A stretch of 64,000 bases of DNA. It comes from Vicugna vicugna. Lineage: Eukaryota. The first letter of the stretch is position 1; each line of letters begins with the position of its first letter. Shown here piece by piece: positions 54,440-64,000 of this stretch. The notes under the pieces were generated by a model. It made no database searches and had not been told where the DNA came from. It worked only from the letters and a program-made list of their open reading frames with translations. Made by a program: the position numbers and the translations under genes. The stretch covers positions 843,038-907,037 of the forward strand of contig MU058233.1 of assembly GCA_013265495.1 (NCBI GenBank). The letters run 5' to 3'.

Positions 54440-55340
54440 CACACTTCTAACTCAATTCATTCCCCTCCCGAGATGCGCTCCCCTGGTCGGTTTTCTGATT
54501 TCTCCGAATTGGTTTAGTGCCCGCGCGCAGGATGGGGCCCGGGAGCCTGCGCTTCGCGCCGCAGCGCCCCCTTCCGGCAGCGCTCGGCTGGAGCCGCCCG
54601 GCGCCGGGGGAGGGCCCCGCAGAGGCTTCTGGGAGTGGTGTTCGCCCCGCCCTCGCGTCGCACTGACGCATTTCCTGCGCGTCGCTAGCGGCCGCCATCA
54701 GCTCGGCACTGGCGGGGAGAGCCTCGTCCAGCGGACGGCGTCCTCTTCCCGTCACGGTGAGCTGAGCTGGAGTGGGCTGGCCTCGTAGCCCTGCGGGCCG
54801 TCCCCGAAGCGCCCGGAACGGGCGCCGCCACGTCAGGAGCGAGGACCGAGCGGGTCTGGTTGCGGTTCCCGGCGCTGCGCACGCAGGGACTGGAGGAGCC
54901 GCTCGCGGGAGACCCTCCAGTTTCCAGGCGGCGGGACGCTGCCGACTAGTCTGGGCCGCCTCTTCCGCCCTGACCCGATCGCGTGTGTGTTGGGGGGCGG
55001 CGGCGGGAACCCCGCGGCTGCTTGAGGGAAGGAGGCTCAGGCGTGGGGCGGGCGGGTGCCGGGCCCCTCCTGCGGGGGCGCGGGGAGACCTGTGCCCTCA
55101 CGTTCTCTCTCCTCCCGCAGCCGTGTGGTCCCGCCACCCCCCGCAGGGCGCGCCCAGCTGGCCGTGGGGATGGCCACCCGGGTCCGGACCGCTGCCGTCT
55201 GGGTGAGTAGGGGTTTTAAGGTTTTCCTCTCGTGTCTGAAAAACTCCCTCAACGCCGGTATGTGCTCACTGCGTCTCTCCTAGGGTCGGAGCTTGCCTGG
55301 AGTTTCCTCTCCTCAGCCCGCTTCCAAGCCGCTGGGCCAC
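54440..55340 (+). promoter_or_regulatory. ZNF268: CpG-island promoter of ZNF268
   Basis: CpG-dense. GC box ccccgccc at ~54645, CRE-like tgacgca next to ETS-like ttcctg (54664-54677), candidate exon-1 donor ACG|gtgagc at 54756. Confidence 0.8.
55170..55202 (+). CDS. ZNF268: ZNF268 coding exon 1 (MATRVRTAAVW)
   Basis: Acceptor ctctcctcccgcag ends at 55120, gggATGG, donor TGG|gtgagt. Matches recalled human MATRVRTASIW. Confidence 0.88.
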
Positions 55341-56151
55341 CTTTAGATGACATTAGACCGTCCGGATATGCTTCTTGTCACCCACCTGTTACTTTACTCC
55401 TTCCTTCAGTCTCGTTTCTGCCAATTTTGTACCTTGAACTTTGAGTTGAAGAAGGGGTAATCATCTTCCAATTTCTTCCACATGTATTTTCTTAATTTTT
55501 TCTTTCTGTGTCTCAGATTTGGGCGCCTCGTTTGGGGAGTTGTGCAGTTGTTTATTTGCTTAATTAGCAATTTTGTTAATTGTCTTTTGTTGGCTGGATC
55601 CTGGGCAGGTGCTAAGGGTACAAAGATAAGTAGTTGTTGCCTTTGGAGAGCAGTGGTCTGGTGGGCACAGTGACACTTTAGGGGTCCCTCTGTGAGCACG
55701 CTGTGGACGTGGGCGGGGACACACAGCACAGGGTCAGTTTTGGAAGGTAGGACACCCCCAGGAAATGCTTCAGAGATTAACAGGAGAGTCTTAAGCTGAG
55801 ATTTGAAAGGTGAGTGAGGTGAACAAGGGACTGGAGGTCAGCCTTGGAAAAGGAAGCAGCGTGCAGATTTGCAGGGCTTGAAGCGAAGCGATCTAGTATG
55901 TTGGTGAACGTTGAACGCTCTACGGTTGCCGAAAAGTAGAAGAATGGAGGTTTGTAGGTGATGAGGGTGGTGGTATGTGTATTAAGAAATGAGGCCAGAG
56001 CTACAGGCAGAAACCAGATCATAAAGGGCTTTGAGGATCATGTTGAAAACTTAGATCGTATTCTCTCGAGGAGAAAGACTTATTGACATGTTTCCCAGGA
56101 TTTTTGGAGGGGAGAGGGGAGGTAATTAGTTCATTTATTTATTTAACAGAG

Positions 56152-56718
56152 GCCGAGTAGTATTCCATTGCATAAATATACCACATCTTCTTTATCCAGT
56201 TGTCTGTTGGTGGACATTTAGGATGTTTCCGTGTCTTGGCTATTGTAAATAGTGCTGCTATGAACATTGGGGTGCAGGTGTCATCCTGAAGTAGGGTTCC
56301 TTCTGGATATATGCCCAGGAGTGGGATTCCTGGGTCATATGGTAAGTCTATTCCTAGTCTTTTGAGGAATCTCCATACTGTTTTCCACAGTGGCTGCACC
56401 AAACTGCATTCCCACCAGCAGTGTAGGAGGGTTCCCTTTTCTCCACAGCCTCTCCAGCATTTGTCATTTGTGGACTTTTGAATGATGGCCATTCTGACTG
56501 GTGTGAGGTGATACCTCATTGTAGTTTTGATTTGCATTTCTCTGATAATTAGTGATATTGAGCATTTTTTCATGTGCCTATTGATCATTTGTATGTCTTC
56601 CTTGGAGAATTGCTTGTTTAGGTCTTTTGCCCATTTTTGGATTGGGATGTTTGGTTGTTTCTTATTAAGTCATATGAGCTGCTTATATATTCTGGAGATC
56701 AAGCCTTTGTCGGTTTCA
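56152..56718 (-). mobile_element. Young L1 ORF2 C-terminal fragment
   Basis: ORF 56139-56588 (-) reads [29 protein letters not shown]...HCWWEC...[14 protein letters not shown]. Confidence 0.95.
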
Positions 56719-58968
56719 TAACTGGAGCATTTTGTTATGATTAATGTGATGACTGATAGGTTTGAGAGAGAAAGGGGAGGAGAGAGAGAGAGGATGCATG
56801 AGAAGGGGATCTGGGGTTCTGCTTTATTGGGGTCAGATTGGGGGGTTGCAGGTTCATTATTGGTGAATTTAAAATACAAGGTGAGAATTAAGACATAGGA
56901 AGGGGAGAGTGGGGTCACTCAAGCAAGTGATTTTTGGCCCCTGGACTGTCGCCGATGGATCCTCAGAGTGGGGTGGCTGGGCTCTTTCTCGAGTTGTGTA
57001 GCAGCTGTGTGCATCCAAGACAGATGTCCTTGACGTCAGAGGCTTTCTGTACAGTCAGGCACTTGCATTACAGTCAAAAACAGCTCATTGTGAGGCAGCT
57101 ATACTACAAACGTTCACCACCTAGTAGCATTTTTCAGTACCTCATTCCTTTTTATGGCTACATAGGGTACCTTTGTTGGTAGAGACCACGTTTTGTTTAT
57201 CCATTCCACCATTCAGAGATGTTTGGGCTGTTCCCAGTTTTTGGCTATGATGAATAATGCTGTTACAAACATTTCTGTGTAAATGTTTCTATGGACGTAG
57301 GTTTTTAATTCTCCTGAGCAGATAGCTAGGAGTGAGATTGCTGGGTAATTCAGTAATTCTGGGTTTAAGAATTTGAGGAGCTGCCAAGCTGGGTCCAAAG
57401 TGGTGGCGCCAGTTTACATTCCCACCAGCCATGCATGAGGCTTCCCCTTGCATCTCTCCGTCATGTGCTAGATATCTTGGTCCTTAATAACGGTAACGTA
57501 ACTGTCATGCCCTATAGCATACATGCAATGGTTTTAAAGTAACAGTTTTTTTTTTTTTACTGCTAACAGGGAGACTAAGTAAAGTTCAGTATGTCTTTGT
57601 AGCTCATTTTATCCGAGGAATACAGTTAAATACCACACATTAAGATCAGTTAAAAAAAAGTATTGTCTCTTGTAGTTTTGTTTCCAGTCGGAAAAACAAA
57701 TGCATCTGTTGACATTTATTTTCAACTTCAGGGATTGCCTGCCTCCTTTTGGGTCATGTGAAATATTTAGGTGATTTAAAAGTAGAAAATGTAAACGGTG
57801 CCTTCAGACAAGCCTCTGTCCCTCCTGCTCTGTTCTTCCCTCCCCCGGAGGTGACCGTTTTTCAGTTCCTGGTTCATCTTCTCAGGGATTCTTCTGTAAA
57901 TAGAAGCAGACGTACATGTACACACGCCCCCGGCCTGACTCTACGCTAAGCCTCATAAGGAAGCCTTTTTCTCCCTCTGACCCCATGTCCGTTAGAGTCC
58001 AGTGTGCCTCGTCTTCCTTGTGTCTCTCCCGTTTTTACTTTGTGTATTTTGTTGTTAAAATGGTTTCTGGAACGAGCTTCCTCTAGACCCTTCCCTCTGA
58101 CCAACTCATACTTCTGTCTCCTCCCTTTCTCTCCTTTCCCATGTTCGCTGAATCGCCATTCTCTCGTCTCCGTCTCTGCCCGGATCTCCTTTCTCGCTCC
58201 TGTGCTGAGCAGTTTCCCTCCCCTCCCAGCGGCTCTCCCTCACAGTGAAGACCCATCGTTCCTCCGACCTTCGTGTTCCTCGGGGACCCAGCACCCTTAG
58301 TGCTCTTAGCACCCTTGGGAACACTTTTCTTAGTCACTTGCAGCTCTGGGCTGACGGGCTCAGGTTCCCCTCGGGAGGCACCCTCCGGTCGGGGGTGCCT
58401 ACTAAGTGGTGACTTGGGGGACCTGCAGCATGTTGGAGATCTGCCACCTGGGTCCGTTTGTCTGTTTGTGTCCGTCTCTGGGCTTTTTCTTTTCCTCTTC
58501 TTGGAGGCCTCTTCTGTTTTTATTGGGAGATTCAAAAACGACCCTGATGCCCTGCTCTCCTCCAGCTCTCATCGTGTTAGCAATGAAAAGACTCAGAGGT
58601 GAAGTGAATTGTTCTTGGACGTCAGCTATCGAGAGAAGCAACCTGCTGCAACGCAGACTGACTGTCTCATTCAAAAGCTGTTCCTTGCGGACTCCTGCCG
58701 ACAGTAGGGCTGTTTGCTTCCTGAAAGCTCGGGGTCTGCTGCACTTTCGGGGCTTCTGGGGGCCTGTGCAGAGTCTGGGAGGGGGGACTTGTCTGTGCGA
58801 TGGGTCCCCCATTTCCCTTCACCCTCACTTCTGCCCCTCAGCAGCACTGACCACAGTCTGCGGAACCCCCAGCCCAGCCTCGTGCGAGTATGTTCACCCA
58901 CAAAGGGGCTAAGGCTGGGGCCCAGACGAAATGTGTTTGCCAAAGTGAGCTTGCTCTTGGGTCCACAG

Positions 58969-59169
58969 GTCCCACCTCTCCAGGAACGAGACAGTCCGTG
59001 CGGTGGGATTAGAAAGCTCCAAGGCAAGGAATCCATCCTGGGTCCTGGGACCCCTGACCAGAGGCCCGTCCCTGGAGGAGCCCGGCAGAAGTGCCAGAGT
59101 CCCAGGACAGAGCAGCTCCTCAAGTGGCTGTGTGTTTCTCAAGACCAGCCGAAAACCAGCGATTCTTGG
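58969..59169 (+). CDS. ZNF268: ZNF268 coding exon 2 (67 aa, phase 0-0); KRAB and finger exons lie beyond the window
   Basis: ccacag|201 nt|gtgagt; VPPLQERDSPCGGIRKLQGKESILGPGTP...SQDQPKTSDSW matches the recalled human N-terminus. Confidence 0.88.
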
Positions 59170-59522
59170 GTGAGTTGCTTTTTTCTTTCCACATCTTGTC
59201 TGTGCCTGTTTTTGGTGGGGAGAGGGCTGGGGATTCTTAGGTGGGAGAGTTAAATTAACTTTAGGTCGTGTGAGATCTGTTTCCTGGTTTCCCCAGACTC
59301 AATTTTCAGCTGCTTCTCCACTCCCCAGAATTACTCTTTTAATGGATATTGTTTTGTTTACAAAATGTATACTGTTTTTGCTGTGCATGTGTTTCTGTGT
59401 ATGTGTGTGTCCTGCTGTACTGCTTTTACTTCTCATCCCCGTAGACTCCCCCAGCTTATCCTGCACTTGCCTCACAGTCTGCGCCGACTTTTTTTTTTTA
59501 TTTCTGCTTTTTTTCCTCTGCA

Positions 59523-59655
59523 TTTTTTTGGGGGGGAGTGGGTAATTAGGTTTATTTATTTACTCATTTTATTTTTTTAGTGGAGGTACTAAGGATGGAA
59601 CCCAGGACCTCATGCGTGCTAGGCATGTGCTCTACTGCTGAGTCACACCCTCCCC
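59523..59655 (-). mobile_element. tRNA-derived SINE
   Basis: gtaattaggtttattt...gaacccaggacctcatgcgtgctaggcatg. Confidence 0.88.
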
Positions 59656-60319
59656 AGACTCCTCTGACTCTTAATTGTTGTTCTTTTTCATTTGAGCCAT
59701 CCTGGTGTGGTGGGATCCTGTATGGCTTTGCTTTGCATTTCCTGCCGGCTAAAGAGGTAGACTCTCTTTTCTTGTGGTTTTTGGACATTTTGTTACCTTT
59801 TGTGGATGTTTTCTGTCTTACTGATTTAAAGGAGGTCTTCATATTCTGGAAGCTTATTAGTAATGCTGAATTTCAGGCCCCACCTCAGTCCTGTCATATC
59901 AGACTCCACATTTCAGCAGGATTCAGTGATTCATGCACATTGAAGTTTAAAGCAAACTCGATATCAGATCCATATTCAAATTTTATGTGAAGTGCTTCCC
60001 TTACATCCAGTATTTTGTTAGGACAGTTTTCAAACATGCCACAGTTGAAGGACTTTACAGTGACCATCTGTATACTCATCACCTTTAACGTCTTACTATA
60101 TACTTGCTTTATCGCATGTTCCATCTTTCCGTCCATCTATGCATCTATTAACCCACCTGATTTTTGGTGCATTTCTTAGTATATTTCAGACATCAGCATG
60201 CCTCCCTCTAAATACTTCACAACGCATAGCACTAACTCTTGTTCAGTATTTCCTTACAAGTTGGGTTTTTTTTTTCCTGTCTTGCCTTTTCATTCTATTA
60301 ATGCTGGTTTTTTTTCATC

Positions 60320-60448
60320 TTTTTTGGGGGGTGATAATTAGGTTTACTTATTTATATTTATTTATTTTATTTTTAATGAGTGGACTGGAGATTGAACGTA
60401 GGACCTCATGCATGCAAAGCACATGCTAAGCACACGCTCTATCCTCCC
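60320..60448 (-). mobile_element. tRNA-derived SINE
   Basis: taattaggtttac...gattgaacgtaggacctcatgcatgc. Confidence 0.8.
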
Positions 60449-60449
60449 T

Positions 60450-63400
60450 TCCAGTGCTGTCTTTTGATGAATAGCTATTTCTCATTTTAACTTAATTTGG
60501 TTTACACATTTTTTTGCTTTTATTATTAGTGCTTTTTCTAAGAACTCTATTCTTATTCAGTGCTTATGAAGAAATTTTTTTGTTCACATTTACCATTCAC
60601 ATTTAGGCTCACAGACATCTAGAATTAATTTTTTTTTTGGTGATTTAAGCGTCAAGATTTACTTTTTTCATAAAGTTGTCTAATTGCCCCAGTCTCACTG
60701 AAGTGATTGACCTCTGCCTGTGACTCTGCAGTGCCACCGTGTCATATGTCAGGTGTCCATAAACCATATTTATGGTTTGGTTTCAGAACTCTTTATTCTG
60801 TTCCATTTCCTCCTTTTCTGTCCTTAGGCCAACATCACACTGTCCTTATTTGGTAATGAGTCTTGGTATCCACATACTTCTAGTTCTGGGTGATTTTGAA
60901 AGCTGCCAGCAGTCACATGTGGGTTCTTGCGTAGACATGTGTTCTCAGAGCAGTTGAGTAAGTACTCAGGAGCAGGATTGCTGGGTTACATGGCGATTCT
61001 ATGGTTAGGTTTGTGAAAAACTGTCCTCCAATGTGGCTGTGCAGTTGTGCATTCCCGCCAGCAGAGAGTAAGAACCCCTGTTGTTCCTCGCCCTGACTAG
61101 TGCTTGGGAGCATCAGGTTGTTAAAAATTTTGCCTAATCTAATAGATGTGAGGTGCTGTTTCATTGTGGTTTTCAGTTGCTTTTCCCTAATGGACAGCTA
61201 GTGTTACTGATTATCTTTTCACATGTGTTTTATTCTCTGTGGATCTTTGGTGAAGTATCTGCCCAGAGCTTTCCCCCATTTTTCAGCTGGGTGGTTTTCT
61301 TGTTACTGATTAAGAGTTCTTTGTTATTCTCGATTTCAGTCCCTCATAAAAAATGTGATTTGTAAATATTTTCTCCCCATCTCTGGTTTGTCTTTTCATT
61401 TCCGTAATACCAACTTCCACAGGGCAAAATATTTTACCTTTGATAATGTTTATTTTCTTAAATTTTTAAAAAAGTCTTAAAATAATCTGCTTTTATTCAA
61501 CAACTTTGTGGCTTACCAAGATTTAAATTTTCTAAAATGGGTTTTGCTTTTGGTTTTGTATCTAAAATCTCATTGCCCAAACCAAAGTGCTCAAATTAAA
61601 AAAAGAAACTTTCCTCTGGAACTTTTATAGTTTTAGCTTTGCATTTGAGTATGTGACCCATTTTTAGTTAATTTTTGTATCAGGTGTGGGGTATGTGTTG
61701 AGGTTGACTTTTTTGCCTATGGATGTGCAAGTCTGTGGTGTGCCAGCACCATGTGTTGAAAAGATTATCCTTTCTCCATTGAATTGCTGGTGTCTTTGTA
61801 GGGGAAAAAAAAAAAGAAATTCAAGAGACAGTGTTTATGTGGGTCTATTTCTAGGCTCTCTCTTGTGTTCCTTTGATCATTGTGTCTAATCTTTCACCAG
61901 CACCCCCACCTGGATTGTGTAGGAAGTCTTAGAGTGCACTAGTGGGGGTGTGGTACCTTTGTTCTTCAGAATTGTTTTGGCTACTCCAGTTTTTTGCTTT
62001 TCCATATTAATTATAGAAGAGCTTGTGGATAGCTACAAAAAAAAAAAAAGCTTGTAAGGACTTTGATTGGAATTTCATCTAATCTATGAAGCGAATTAGG
62101 GAGAATTTACATCTTAGCAATACTGAGTTTTCCAGTCCACAAACACACTGTACCTTTCCACTTTTTTAGATCTTTGATTTTTTTAAACCACTGTTTGTAG
62201 TTTTATGCATTCATGTTCTGCACTTGTATTTTCTTTTCTCACCTGCACCATTTTAAGTAACAGTTCAGTGGATTTAAATACATTCATGAAGTTGGCAGTC
62301 ATAACCACCACCCATCTCCACAGCCCTCCTCCTCTTGTAAAACTGAAGCTCTGTACCCATTAAACAATAACTCCCAGTTTTCACCTTCCCACTCCCTGCC
62401 CCTGTAACCACCATCCTCCTTTCTGTCTCTAGGATTTTGACTACTCTAGATAGTTCATGTAAGTGGACTCATATAGTAGTTGTCTTTTTGTGACTAGCTT
62501 ATTATTTGACATAACGTCCACAGGGTTAATGCATATTATAGCACATTGCAGGACTTCCTTTTTAAGGCTGAACACTGATTCGTTGTATGTATCTACCACC
62601 GTTTGCTTATCTATTCATCCATCGATGGACACTTAGATTGCCTCTGTGTTTTAGCTACTGTGAATAATAATGCTGCTTCTGTGAACGTGGATGTACAGAT
62701 AGTTCTTTGAGACCCCACTTCCTTTGGGGATATACCCAGAAGTGGAATTGCTGGACCACACGGTAATTCTAATTTTTTATTTTTTGAGGAGCCACCATGC
62801 TGTTTTCCATAGCAACTACACCATGTTATATCCCCACCAACAATGCACAAGTGTGCTATTTACTCCATATCCTCGCCAGCCCTTGTGATTTTCAGCCTAA
62901 CTGGTGTGAGGTGGAAAGCTCATTATAGTTTTGATTTGCATTTCCCTTATGATTAGTGATGTTCAGCATCTTCACGTGCTTATTGGCCACTTGTGTGTCT
63001 TCTTTGGAGAAATGTCTATTCCGGTCCTCTGACCACTTTTGAATAGGTTGGCTTTTTTGGTTGAGTTTTGATTCTCTATATACCCCTGGCCTTCAAAACC
63101 AGATGTCCTGGGGTCTCCTCTTCCCAATGCTGGGACCCGAGCTGGGGAGCCTGATGTGGAGCTTAGAGCTCTCACTCCTGTGGGAGGGCCTCTGCGACTT
63201 AACAAATCTTCAGCTTGTGGGTCACCCACCCGAGAGGTATGGGGCCCGATTATATTGTGAGCACCCCCCTCCTACTGTCCTGCCATGATTCCCTCTTCAT
63301 GTTTCCAGTTGCAAAAGATCTTTTTTGCTAGGTTCCAGTCTTTTTTCAATGGTTGTTTAGCATTCAGTTGTGGTTTTGTTGTAGTTGCAAGGAGAGGCAA

Positions 63401-63632
63401 GCACGTGGTCCTACCTCTCCATCATCTTGACCGGAAATCCCTTTTTCAAGATTCTTAGAGGGTGGGAAGGGATAGACTGGGATTTCAAAATTGTGATGCA
63501 GTTTTAAATGGAATTGTTTTCATAATTTGCTTTTCAGATTATTATTAGCGTATAGAAATGGAACTGATTTTGGTCTGTTGACTGAATCCTGCTGTTTGCT
63601 GAATTCATTTGTTGTAACTGGCTTTTTTTTAT

Positions 63633-63665
<33 letters not shown>

Positions 63666-64000
63666 GTTTAAGGTTTTCTACAATAGGATCATTTTGTCCA
63701 TGAACAGAGAGAATTTTACTCCATGTTTCCTAAGCTGGATGCCTTTTATTTCTTCTTGTCCAATTGCTCTGGCTATAATTTCCAGCACTATGTTGAATAA
63801 AAATGGTAGAAGCAGGCATCCTTGCCTTGTTCCTAATCTTTGAGGAAAAGTTTTCAGTCTTTCACCATTGAGAATACTATTCACTGAGTTTTTATTATCT
63901 AGACATACTTTCCTTCTATCCCTACTTTATTGAGTGTTTTTATCATGAAAAGTTGCTCAAATCTGTCAAATGCTTTTTTTTGCATTAATTGAGATAGTCA
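60450..64000 (-). mobile_element. Mosaic of L1 fragments, including a 5'-UTR-like piece at ~63085-63441
   Basis: ORF2-like peptides [20 protein letters not shown] (63678-63884) and KLELPCGPAIPLLGI (62611-62850). Confidence 0.85.
63629..63665. repeat. (TA)n microsatellite, interrupted once
   Basis: Read directly. Confidence 0.9.

Noticed and set aside
56139..56588. 149-aa ORF as a host gene
   Set aside because: It is an L1 ORF2 C-terminal fragment with an upstream in-frame stop at ~56670.
59080..59150. SPRTEQLLKWLCVSQ as a degenerate SCAN motif (TKEQILELL)
   Set aside because: The similarity is too short and weak to support without an HMM search.

Overview
Mammalian genomic DNA, not microbial. 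The tRNA-derived SINEs resemble vic-1, so the source is most likely a camelid (inference). The window covers part of the KRAB zinc-finger cluster syntenic to human 12q24.33. It holds complete ZNF140 (+, 4 coding exons, 466 aa, 10 intact C2H2 fingers), ZNF891 (-, single-exon 544-aa ORF, 8 fingers), ZNF10/KOX1 (+, 4 coding exons, 572 aa, 9 intact fingers) and the first two coding exons of ZNF268 (+). There are three CpG-island promoters, one shared head-to-head by ZNF891 and ZNF10. The rest is mostly L1, L2, MIR, SINE, LTR and hAT remnants. Gene names rest on my recall of the human proteins and gene order; no search was run. Repeat boundaries and family names are approximate unless a TSD is quoted. 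I found no convincing new multi-gene system. The best leads are an eroded KRAB-A box in the ZNF10/KOX1 orthologue, an orphan KRAB-A/KRAB-B pseudo-exon pair behind ZNF140, the intronless ZNF891, a variant-unit minisatellite in the bidirectional promoter, and a hairpin micro-inversion in one SINE.
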